Assembly (NCBI GenBank): GCA_029907705.1 | Contig: JARYLJ010000001.1 | Span: forward strand, 14,454-78,453 | DNA from: Methanomicrobiales archaeon | GTDB lineage: Archaea; Halobacteriota; Methanomicrobia; Methanomicrobiales; JACTUA01 | DNA: 64,000 nucleotides | Reading direction: 5' to 3' | Shown: positions 56,269-64,000 of the stretch, in pieces | Layout: the number at the start of each line of letters is the position of its first letter | Numbering within the stretch: position 1 is the stretch's first letter | Made by a program: the position numbers and the translations under genes | The notes under the pieces: model-generated | Databases searched by the model: none | What the model saw: the letters and a program-made list of their open reading frames with translations, nothing else | Told to the model about the DNA's origin: nothing

Positions 56269-57569
56269 GGGGGTCGCCGGTGGAGTTCCACTATCCGCTC
56301 GTCGCCGATCTGCTGAAGCCCGAGGAGTTCGAACTACGGGTGGAGGAGCGGATGAGGGAATCGGGGGGTCTCCTCGACGAGAGGACCGCGGCGATGATCG
56401 TGGCGAGGGAGCTCGGCAGGGGCCACGTGAAGATCTCCGATGTGCCAGCGTCTGCATCGATCTGCTGCCTCTTCGGCAAAGTACTCTCCGTGGAGGAGCC
56501 GAGAAGGATCGTCCGGGCGGATGGCACCGAGAGCGTGGTCGGCGCCTTCGAGGTGGGTGACGAGACCGGTCGACTCAGGTGCCTTCTGTGGGGGGAGAGA
56601 GCAGTTGCGGTGAAGGAGCTGGAGCCGGGGGAGGTGCTCGAGATCATCGGCCGGCCATCCAGATCCAACCCGCGCGAGTTCCACCCGTTGGCGATGATGA
56701 GGACCAAGTGTGAGATCGTATCGACCTGCGCAGAAGGAGCAGGGCCGGCGGATGATCTCCACGATCTGGAGATGAGGCTCATCTCCCTGAATGCACCCCG
56801 AAATTTCCAGCGCAGGGATGGAAGCACCGCATGCATGCAGGAGGGTCTCGCCGGAGACGGGGGAGGGACTTTCAGGCTGGTCTGCTGGGCACCCGAACTG
56901 CTCTCCGGATTGAGCCCCCCCTGTACGATCTCGCTCCAGCGGGTCAGGATCAGGAGCGGCCCATACGGAAGGGAGTGTCACATCGACGAGAGTAGCACCG
57001 TCGGGAAGGGGGGTGGCGAACCCTCGGTTCCCGAGACCCCACTCGCCGGGGTGAGCGATGATGAAGTCTGCTCGGTCACCGGAGAGATCACGGTGCTCCA
57101 GGAACCCCGCTCATTCGTTACAAAGGATGGGGCAAGTTCGTGGATACGCCGTATGACGCTCGCGGATCGGACGGGTACCATGGAGGTGGCGCTCTGGGGG
57201 GATCTCGCCCGGCTCCCGCTTGCGAAGGGCGAGAGGATCTCTGCCTTCCATCTGCTGCCGAAGAGAGGCAGGGACGGACTCCTCCAACTGAACAGTATCA
57301 GGGGCACGGTGATAGTCGTCCATAAAGGCATAAGAAGGAGGGTGGAGGGGGAGGGGACCGTCGTTCCCGGTGTCGCGGGCGACCGCCTCGATGCAGGCGG
57401 GGAGTGCTACCTCCTCGTGGAATCACTTCCGGCCGGTGCATTCGTCCGGGTCATCGGGGATGCGGAAGGCAGCAGGCTCTATCCCGTAGAGTGGGAGGTG
57501 ATATTCCCTGAAAAGGAGATGCTCGAAAGAAGGCTCGATCTCCTCATCGGTGGCACGGGGCAGGGATGA
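56265..57569 (+). CDS. replication protein A-like ssDNA-binding protein (multiple OB folds)
   Basis: Repeated OB-fold modules (...VVGAFEVGDETGRLRCLLWGE..., ...MQEGLAGDGGGTFRLVCWAP..., ...IRRMTLADRTGTMEVALWGD...). GTG 56265 overlaps the lysA stop; alternative GTG at 56280. Confidence 0.7.
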   Translation: MRGSPVEFHYPLVADLLKPEEFELRVEERMRESGGLLDERTAAMIVARELGRGHVKISDVPASASICCLFGKVLSVEEPRRIVRADGTESVVGAFEVGDETGRLRCLLWGERAVAVKELEPGEVLEIIGRPSRSNPREFHPLAMMRTKCEIVSTCAEGAGPADDLHDLEMRLISLNAPRNFQRRDGSTACMQEGLAGDGGGTFRLVCWAPELLSGLSPPCTISLQRVRIRSGPYGRECHIDESSTVGKGGGEPSVPETPLAGVSDDEVCSVTGEITVLQEPRSFVTKDGASSWIRRMTLADRTGTMEVALWGDLARLPLAKGERISAFHLLPKRGRDGLLQLNSIRGTVIVVHKGIRRRVEGEGTVVPGVAGDRLDAGGECYLLVESLPAGAFVRVIGDAEGSRLYPVEWEVIFPEKEMLERRLDLLIGGTGQG

Positions 57570-57664
57570 ATGCACCCTTCACTTTCGCCCTCCGCGGCGA
57601 TGCAGCTTTATTTCTATCGGGAGAGATGGGATGATATCGAATTCGGACCATAGAGGTATGTGAG

Positions 57665-58645
57665 ATGGCACAGGGTTCACTGGATCTGGAGGATCTTCCC
57701 GGCGTCGGTCCCAGCACGGCCGAAAAACTCCGGGAATCCGGCTTTTTGACGGTGGAGAGCATCGCAACCGCCTCTCCATCGGAACTGGCGGAGGTGGCGG
57801 AGATAGGGGAGTCCACCGCGAAGAAGATCATCAGGGCAGCGAGAGAGAAGGTGGATATCGGGGGTTTCAAGACCGGCAAAGATATCTTCGAACAGAGGAA
57901 GAACGTGAAGAAGCTGAAGACGCTCGTTCCTGAACTGGACGCCCTGCTCGGCGGAGGAGTCGAGACCCAGGCGATCACCGAGCTCTATGGTGAATTCGGC
58001 TCGGGAAAGAGCCAGATAGCGCACCAGATGGCGGTGAATGTCCAGCTCCCCCCGTCGATTGGCGGGCTGGACGGGGGTGCGATCTTCATCGATACGGAGA
58101 ATACCTTCAGGCCCGAGCGTATCGAGCAGATGGTGCAGGGCCTGCAGGTGGAAGCCGAGATCCCTGAGCCGAAGGAGTTCCTCGAGCATGTCCATGTGGC
58201 ACGCGCCTACTCCTCGGATCACCAGATGCTCCTGATCGAGACCGCACGGGAGCTGGCGGAGGATCTGAAGTCGAGTGACAGGCCGATAAAGCTCTTCGTC
58301 GTCGACTCGCTCACTGCCCTCTTCAGGGCCGAATATTCGGGGAGGGGCACCCTCGCCGGCAGGCAGCAGAAGCTGAACCGGCATATGCACGACCTCTTCA
58401 AGCTGGTGGACGAGTACAATGCCGTTGCGCTGGTGACGAACCAGGTGATGTCGAACCCGGCTGTCTTCTTCGGTGACCCCACGAAGCCGATCGGCGGGAA
58501 TATCGTCGGGCATACAGCGACATTCAGGCTTTACCTGAGGAAGAGCAAGGGCGGAAAGCGGATCGCGAGGCTGGTGGATAGCCCCAACCTCCCCGAAGGC
58601 GAGGCACCCTTCATGGTCGAGCAGGCAGGGCTCAAGCCGTGCTGA
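57665..58645 (+). CDS. radA: DNA repair and recombination protein RadA
   Basis: 326 aa with N-terminal HhH ([15 protein letters not shown]), Walker [10 protein letters not shown] and Walker B LFVVDS. Confidence 0.95.
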   Translation: MAQGSLDLEDLPGVGPSTAEKLRESGFLTVESIATASPSELAEVAEIGESTAKKIIRAAREKVDIGGFKTGKDIFEQRKNVKKLKTLVPELDALLGGGVETQAITELYGEFGSGKSQIAHQMAVNVQLPPSIGGLDGGAIFIDTENTFRPERIEQMVQGLQVEAEIPEPKEFLEHVHVARAYSSDHQMLLIETARELAEDLKSSDRPIKLFVVDSLTALFRAEYSGRGTLAGRQQKLNRHMHDLFKLVDEYNAVALVTNQVMSNPAVFFGDPTKPIGGNIVGHTATFRLYLRKSKGGKRIARLVDSPNLPEGEAPFMVEQAGLKPC

Positions 58646-59334
58646 GGGCACTGGTCTGCGACATTGACGGTACCATCACCGACAGGCAGCGTCGCGTGAA
58701 CACCGCGGCCATCGAGGAGATCAGATCCCTCGTGGAGAAGGATATCGCCGTGGTGCTCGCGAGCGGCAACACCGCCTGCTTCATGGACGCCGCCTGCCGC
58801 CTCGTCGGCACGAACGGCGCCTTCATCGGGGAGAACGGCGGGGTGTACAGGAGAGAATATGGCAGTGAACTCTGTATAGAGAGGGAGAGGAGAGCCGCGG
58901 AAGAGGCGTACAGGAGAGTGGAGGCCCATTTCAGGGAGAGGGGCATCGCCCTCGAGCTGTACAGCGACAGGTACCGGTTCACCGATATCGCCTTCGCCAG
59001 AACCGTCTCCTCGGACGAGGTGAAGGGGGTGCTCGGGGAGGTGCCGATCAAGGTGGTGGATACCGGATTCGCCATTCATCTTCAAGCGCCGGGCCTCAAC
59101 AAGGGAGAGGCATTGAAGAAACTTTCTGTAGAGATGGGGCTCTCTCCGAAGGATTTCGTCGCCGTCGGGGACTCCATCAACGATCTGGAGATGATCGAGC
59201 AGGCAGGTCTGGGCATCGCGGTGGCGAACGGTCATCCAAAGACGAAGGCAGCCGCATTTTTCGTGACGGAAAAAAGTTATGGAGAGGGCTTTGTGGAGGC
59301 GATGGAGAGATGTCGGGATCTATTTCTTCGATAG
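58639..59334 (+). CDS. HAD-superfamily phosphatase (archaeal phosphoglycolate phosphatase / SPP-like)
   Basis: DIDGTIT motif [14 protein letters not shown] motif. GTG start overlaps the radA stop. Confidence 0.8.
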   Translation: MLRALVCDIDGTITDRQRRVNTAAIEEIRSLVEKDIAVVLASGNTACFMDAACRLVGTNGAFIGENGGVYRREYGSELCIERERRAAEEAYRRVEAHFRERGIALELYSDRYRFTDIAFARTVSSDEVKGVLGEVPIKVVDTGFAIHLQAPGLNKGEALKKLSVEMGLSPKDFVAVGDSINDLEMIEQAGLGIAVANGHPKTKAAAFFVTEKSYGEGFVEAMERCRDLFLR

Positions 59335-59571
59335 GTACCTGTCCACCACGATGTAATCCCTGATATCCTTCACCGCTTCGAAGGAGATGAACATCCGATC
59401 TCCATCCATCCGGTATCCATCGGTGTTGAAGTTCGGATCGGGCTTCACGATCAGATCCACCACCTGCCCCGTATCCAGATCCACCATGATATTCTTCAGG
59501 ACGCCGATGAACATGCCATCATTGCTCATGACCCTCTTTCTTGATAGATTTCGGGAGAATATCTTGCCCAT
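59320..59571 (-). CDS. PRC-barrel domain protein
   Basis: 83 aa, LSRKRVMSNDGMFIGVLKNIMVDLDTGQVVDLIV...ISFEAVKDIRDYIVV. 15-nt convergent overlap with the phosphatase gene. Confidence 0.8.
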   Translation of the reverse strand: MGKIFSRNLSRKRVMSNDGMFIGVLKNIMVDLDTGQVVDLIVKPDPNFNTDGYRMDGDRMFISFEAVKDIRDYIVVDRYLSKK

Positions 59572-60434
59572 AAATCAAATTAGATTCTAATAGATATTTA
59601 TAATATTGTCTTCGGATTTTCTGGCAGCGGGCATTCCGTATTCGGAGTCACCGGAAGAGAATGGACGGATTATGATACCACCATTGACAGGGAACGGAGA
59701 TTGTATGACCGATCCGGCGCCGGAATGGATTCACGCTTTCGCAGGACCTGATTGACCTGACCTTTGGGCGCTGCCACGCTCCTTCTCTCGAACCATGGAA
59801 AACCCGATCGGCGATCCCGATCCAGCACCCTGCCATCGAGCATCCTCTCTCAAACCCCTACTGACTCGACGATCCATCGGAGTATGCTTATCTCTTCTTT
59901 TTTCGAGCAGACTTTTTTTATCACGACTTCGAACAGAGGTACACCCGAAGATTCAGTATTGATGATATCGCTCTTGACAGTGCGATTATATCGTGGGCGG
60001 TGGTCACATGCATGTGGTTTCCGGATTACGAACGCAGAGGACCTCTTCTCATGTATCTTGTATGCAGGGGTCGCCCGACGTTCGATCCGGGTAGAGAGGG
60101 AAATCGCAGAAGGGAGTGGATGAGCGTCGGGGGCGGAGTGGAGTGTCGCCACGTCGGTCGTTTCGGCATTCGGAACGAATTACCCGTACCTGCCGATTCA
60201 AAGGCGCAAACCCGCACACGGTCTCCGATACAGAGGTGTATTCGAACAATCCGGCGAGATGCAACCGCCTCCTCTTTCGCGGGGCGGTGATGATTTCGAC
60301 CCGGTTCCTGAACCGGGCACAGAAGAGAAGGATACGATATGCCGCATGCCTGTCTGCTCTCGCCACGCATCTGTGTGCGGATGGGTGCGAGAGGCACAGG
60401 CGTCCAATCTTTCTTCGTTGACGTTATCCGGACC

Positions 60435-61313
60435 TCAGAGCGATGGAAAGACGCCGATGATATCCGAATGGGTGAGCATCCCCACGGGCTTCTTCCCATC
60501 CATGATGACCAGCCTGCCGATCCGATGAGTCTTCATCTGCTTGATCACCTCGTAGAGTCGGGTCTCCTTCGGCACCTCCACCACGTCCGTGGTCGCGATC
60601 TCATGAATGCTGGAATCGAGGGACAGGCCTCTCGCAAGCCCTTTTGCGACATCGGTGAGCGTGACGATACCGATCATCCTCTCCCCCTCCATGACGGGTG
60701 CACCATGTATCTGCCTGTTGGCAAAGAGCTGGACCGCGTCTCTCAGCGTCGCGTCGCTTCCCAGCGTGATGAGCGGAGCCCTCATGTAATGGCTCACCGG
60801 TCTCTTCGGAAGGGAGAGCATCTCGGAGATGGAGATGAGAAGCGACTGCTGGACCTCGTCCTTTCCGATGATCTCCCCGCGTATGAGGAGTTTGTTCACG
60901 GGTGTGGGACCAATTGCGATCTCGTCACCGATCTGAAAGACTTTCACGCTCCCCTTCAATCGGATCAGCGCCTGGCAGATGTCCGGGTGGCAGAGCGTGG
61001 TGAAGGCGATCTCCGATACCGTCACACCCTTCACCTCCTCCCCCCCTCGCGAGATCGGGACGGCGACCTCCTTCTCGTAGTTCACCAGGTTCAGCTCCCT
61101 GTAGGCGGCCGCCGAGGGGGTGTATCCGCCCTTCGGGCCGGGAACCCCGTCGACGAGCCCCAGGGCTTTCAGCGCCTGCATCTGGTTCCTCACGGTCCCC
61201 GGGTTCCGCCGGAGAACCTCGGCGATGTCCTCACCCTTTATTGCCCGCGATTGCTGTCTGTAGAGCGTGATGAGCGTCAGAAGTATCTCCTTCTGGATGA
61301 GGGACAATTCCAT
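60435..61313 (-). CDS. winged-HTH + tandem CBS-domain regulator
   Basis: N-terminal wHTH (IAEVLRRNPGTVRNQMQALKALGLV), a central beta-domain and two C-terminal CBS motifs (HGAPVMEGERMIGIVTLTDV; IGRLVIMDGKKPVGMLTHSDI). Confidence 0.8.
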   Translation of the reverse strand: MELSLIQKEILLTLITLYRQQSRAIKGEDIAEVLRRNPGTVRNQMQALKALGLVDGVPGPKGGYTPSAAAYRELNLVNYEKEVAVPISRGGEEVKGVTVSEIAFTTLCHPDICQALIRLKGSVKVFQIGDEIAIGPTPVNKLLIRGEIIGKDEVQQSLLISISEMLSLPKRPVSHYMRAPLITLGSDATLRDAVQLFANRQIHGAPVMEGERMIGIVTLTDVAKGLARGLSLDSSIHEIATTDVVEVPKETRLYEVIKQMKTHRIGRLVIMDGKKPVGMLTHSDIIGVFPSL

Positions 61314-61333
61314 AACGATTAATCATTGTAATT

Positions 61334-61343
61334 GCATAAATAC
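61334..61343 (-). promoter_or_regulatory. TATA-like box (minus-strand TATTTATGC) for the CBS regulator; leaderless geometry
   Basis: Lies 20-30 nt upstream of ATG 61313 in a short AT-rich divergent spacer. Confidence 0.4.
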
Positions 61344-61359
61344 GTTGGGTAGTGGATTG

Positions 61360-62298
61360 GTGGATTTTTCCAGGTTAAAAACGGTCCCGACCGCCGAGGA
61401 GCTGATGGACAGGAGCCTCCGCCGTGCGGCGAAGAAGATGCGCCTGAAGAGAAACAGGAAGAGGGCGGATGAGGAGTTCATCAGGGCGATCAGCAGCGCC
61501 CTGCACGACCGCCTGGTCGCGATCATTCAGGATCTTCCGGAGGTCGACGGGCTTCTGCCCTTCTACAGGGAGATGACAGAGATTCTGATCGGGAGAGACC
61601 GGTTCAAGAAGTCCCTGGGCGCCGTCGGCTGGGCTGCCTGGCAGATCAGGCTGATCGGATCAGAGCTCGCACGCAGGGCGAGAGGGGCGGAGGATACAGG
61701 TCCGGTCCGCCGCCAGGCAGTCGCCCGCATCTCCTCCATCGTTCATCAGGTGAACGATGCCCTCCGGTTCCTCAACGAGGCGAGGAACCAGCTCAGATCT
61801 CTGCCCGATATCAGGGAAGAGTTCACCGTGGTCGTCGCGGGATACCCGAATGTCGGCAAATCCTCCTTCATCAGAAGGGTTTCCACAGCAGAGCCTGAAG
61901 TGGCGGAGTACCCCTTCACGACGAAGGGGATCATCATGGGGCACAGAAAAATCGGGCGGGAAAGTGTGCAGCTGATCGACACGCCCGGTATCCTTTCGCG
62001 GCCGGCAGAGGAGAGGAACTGGATCGAGCGCCAGGCGCTGGCTGCTCTCCTGAACGTGGCGGACATCGTCCTGCTGATCCTGGACCCTTCCGAGACCTGC
62101 GGCTATACATTCGATGACCAGCTGAGACTGAAGAGAGAACTCGAAGGGGCATTGCAGACCCCCCTCGTGACGGTGGTGAACAAGGCGGATATCAAAGCCC
62201 TCGAAGGTTATCCGAATATGTCCACCTCCACAGGCGAAGGAGTTGAGGGGGTGCTCTCCCTCCTGCTCAGATGCCGAGCCAGCCCCACGTCCCCGTGA
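61360..62298 (+). CDS. NOG1-family GTPase
   Basis: G1 GYPNVGKSS, G3 DTPG, G4 NKAD and N-terminal TVPTAEELMDRSLRRAAKK typical of NOG1. Start is uncertain (TTG 61345/61357, GTG 61360, ATG about 61405). Confidence 0.8.
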   Translation: MDFSRLKTVPTAEELMDRSLRRAAKKMRLKRNRKRADEEFIRAISSALHDRLVAIIQDLPEVDGLLPFYREMTEILIGRDRFKKSLGAVGWAAWQIRLIGSELARRARGAEDTGPVRRQAVARISSIVHQVNDALRFLNEARNQLRSLPDIREEFTVVVAGYPNVGKSSFIRRVSTAEPEVAEYPFTTKGIIMGHRKIGRESVQLIDTPGILSRPAEERNWIERQALAALLNVADIVLLILDPSETCGYTFDDQLRLKRELEGALQTPLVTVVNKADIKALEGYPNMSTSTGEGVEGVLSLLLRCRASPTSP

Positions 62299-63166
62299 TC
62301 AGGGATGCGATCAGCAGACCTGCGATGGCGCCCCCGTTGATGGGAGGCAGACCTGCCTGCGGCTTTCCTGAATGCAGAACGAGAAAGAGGGTGCCGAGGC
62401 CCGCAAGAGAGCCGGCGAGGGCACCGAGTGAGAGTGCAGAGATCCCGAGCAAGCCGGCGGCAGGGCCAAATGAATTCGCCGAGACGACGAGTATCGATGG
62501 CATGATCAGATCCCCCATCCCCATGATGAATGCACCCCTTTCCCCGCCCTCCATACGGATTCCTTCCCGCCTGAAGGAGTAATCCTTCCTCCTCGGGATG
62601 ACAAAGAGAATGGGTATCTTCTCCTCGAGCACGCCTGTGGCGAGCGTGATCATATGCTTCGTCCGGTACACGGATATCGCGTCGTAAACGGCGAGGAGTA
62701 CCAGAAGAAGGAGCACAGGCAGGATCTCGAGCGATATGCCGAATATGGCAGACACACCCGCGGCGATCAGGATCCCGAGCGAGTCGATGACATACCACTC
62801 CGGATAGAGGAATAACAGGGCGGTGGCGACGGCGGAGCCACCGATGACGATCGCCCCAGCAAATGACCATGCAGGCGCGATCCTCTGGAGGATCGCATCG
62901 AAGGTATAGATGAAGGTGAAGAAGATCGACACGATGACGATCCAGGTGAGCAGTCTGCGAAATCCGATTCTGAGGAGGATGAGCAGGAGCAGGGTGAATG
63001 CGAGGAGTATCCCGATGAAGAGGAGGGGGTTCGCCATGGAGGAAGGGTCCTCGAAGACCATGACCCCCGCCTCCTTCATGGGTGAGGCAAGGATGAGCGC
63101 GATCACATCGACGAGGAGCATGAGGCCGATCATCCCCATCTGTGAAATCAGGCTCTGCCGGTTCAT
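62267..63166 (-). CDS. presenilin/signal-peptide-peptidase homologue (PSH-type GxGD intramembrane aspartyl protease)
   Basis: 299 aa, about 9 TM. YD motif LLAVYDAISV (Asp 62683..62681), GxGD motif GMGDLIMP (Asp 62512..62510) and a PAL-like QAGLPPINGG. Closely resembles the Methanoculleus PSH as I recall it. Confidence 0.85.
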   Translation of the reverse strand: MNRQSLISQMGMIGLMLLVDVIALILASPMKEAGVMVFEDPSSMANPLLFIGILLAFTLLLLILLRIGFRRLLTWIVIVSIFFTFIYTFDAILQRIAPAWSFAGAIVIGGSAVATALLFLYPEWYVIDSLGILIAAGVSAIFGISLEILPVLLLLVLLAVYDAISVYRTKHMITLATGVLEEKIPILFVIPRRKDYSFRREGIRMEGGERGAFIMGMGDLIMPSILVVSANSFGPAAGLLGISALSLGALAGSLAGLGTLFLVLHSGKPQAGLPPINGGAIAGLLIASLITGTWGWLGI

Positions 63167-63222
63167 CTCATCTCCCCTTTCATATAGTTAGTTTAATTAA
63201 TGCATCTTCATTATCTAAAAGC

Positions 63223-63537
63223 ATGGAGATTCGAGAATTTATCGGAGATATCGTGCTCACCATCGTCATGGTGGTCTCCACCCTTGTCCTTGTTCTCCGC
63301 CTTTGGCAGGATCTCACTGTTGCGGTCTCGGCCACGCTGATGATGCTATCCCTCGGAGGGCTCTTCCTCTCACTGGGGGCGAAGATCATGCACCTGGACA
63401 GCAATGTGATCGCGCGGGAGCGGACGATGCGCGTGAACCTCGAAGAGATATCGAACATGATGGCGAAAAAATACGAGAATACCGTGCAGCACCTGGACGA
63501 CATCGTTCAGGATATCTCGAGGAGGATGTACCGCTGA
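63223..63537 (+). CDS. hypothetical membrane protein (2 TM + coiled C-terminus)
   Basis: ATG 63223 has TTTAATTAA about 26 nt upstream (leaderless geometry). MEIREFIGDIVLTIVMVVSTLVLVLRLW... Confidence 0.55.
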   Translation: MEIREFIGDIVLTIVMVVSTLVLVLRLWQDLTVAVSATLMMLSLGGLFLSLGAKIMHLDSNVIARERTMRVNLEEISNMMAKKYENTVQHLDDIVQDISRRMYR

Positions 63538-63574
63538 TACCGGGGCCATCGTTGCCACATTCATTTTATTGCCT

Positions 63575-64000
63575 ATGGGCGTTGCGCTGCGTGAGATACT
63601 GGTGGATTTCAGATCCGATGCCGCGTGGCAGGAACTGCAGGGCATTGCGGCGGTGGACGCACACAATGCGCTCTACCAGTTCCTTTCCATCATACGCCAG
63701 CCGGATGGCACGCCCCTCATGGATGGGCAGGGCAGAATCACGTCGCATCTCTCGGGCATTCTATTCAGAACCCTGAACTTCATCGAGAAAGGAATAAAGC
63801 CCGTCTACATATTCGACGGGGAGCCACCTGAGTTCAAGAGGGAGGAGATCGAAGAGCGCCGGGAGCAGAGGAGGCAGGCGGAGGCAGGGTGGCAGGAGGC
63901 GCAGGAGAGGGGCGACACGGAGGAGGCCTACAAATACGCGAGATCGGCCTCGAGGGTGGACAGTTATATCGTCAGCAGCTCGATGGAGCTGTTGAGGCTC
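63575..64000 (+). CDS. fen: flap endonuclease 1 (5' part; continues past the window end)
   Basis: Not in the ORF track because it is open at the window edge. MGVALREILVDF...AVDAHNALYQFLSIIRQPDGTPLMDGQGRITSHLSGILFRTLNFIEKGIKPVYIFDGEPPEFK is typical of the XPG-N domain. Confidence 0.9.
   Translation, partial: MGVALREILVDFRSDAAWQELQGIAAVDAHNALYQFLSIIRQPDGTPLMDGQGRITSHLSGILFRTLNFIEKGIKPVYIFDGEPPEFKREEIEERREQRRQAEAGWQEAQERGDTEEAYKYARSASRVDSYIVSSSMELLRL

Noticed and set aside
59594-60434. RNase P RNA or SRP (7S) RNA in the ORF-free regions (also 42840-43270 and 46052-46585).
   Set aside because: I searched both strands for GAGGAAAGUCC/ACAGAA-type P4 elements and for the GGAA-tetraloop helix-8 motif of SRP RNA. 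There are only weak partial resemblances (GGAAAGGTCTG at about 46230; GTCGGAAGGGTCG on the minus strand at about 43000) with no supporting helices.
1-64000. CRISPR arrays, rRNA genes, transposases, integrases or prophage blocks.
   Set aside because: There are no regularly spaced direct repeats and no recognisable IS, integrase or capsid-type proteins in any frame. The only exact long repeat is the intragenic 115-mer.

Overview
GC-rich (about 60% by eye) archaeal chromosome segment. The gene content points to a hydrogenotrophic methanogen of the order Methanomicrobiales, Methanoculleus/Methanofollis-like: a presenilin homologue (PSH), archaeal phosphoribulokinase, an FprA/desulfoferrodoxin/rubredoxin operon, FdhD, HypD, RadA, RPA, FEN1 and an inactivated PolB. 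I support about 55 protein genes, one tRNA-Arg(CCG), one disrupted large gene and several promoter or terminator signals. Many genes are translationally coupled by ATGA/GTGA overlaps. Several mRNAs look leaderless, with TATA-like boxes (TTTATGTA / TTATATGC type) about 25-30 nt upstream of the start codon. The window divides into five parts. (1) 1-18 kb is a cell-envelope glycan island. It holds a complete five-enzyme Wbp-type UDP-2,3-diacetamido-mannuronate operon plus glmS, two GlmU-like genes and an epimerase, flanking a disrupted 3.4-kb secreted-protein gene. (2) 20-36 kb is a surface-protein region with a 748-aa beta-helix protein and a coupled three-gene operon (2349, 700 and 403 aa), surrounded by long ORF-free, lower-GC spacers. 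(3) 36-42 kb holds a DUF1538x2 + P-II operon, MscS, HypD and the tRNA. (4) 42-50 kb holds a radical SAM gene, a three-gene operon ending in an inactivated family-B polymerase, phosphoribulokinase and an O2-detoxification operon. (5) 50-64 kb is housekeeping: fdhD-cutA, dapL-lysA-rpa, radA, NOG1 GTPase, PSH and fen. The items I consider most worth follow-up are the disrupted Cys-repeat/HExxH surface gene (three in-frame TGA and two homopolymer frameshifts), the giant-protein operon with a 115-bp perfect internal repeat, the PolB2 operon with two uncharacterised partners, and an ORF-free element upstream of dapL bounded by a promoter-like box and a T7 tract. Limits: no database, HMM or folding tools were used, so all family calls rest on recognised motifs. 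Start codons are often uncertain by tens of nt. No CRISPR array, rRNA or obvious mobile element was seen.
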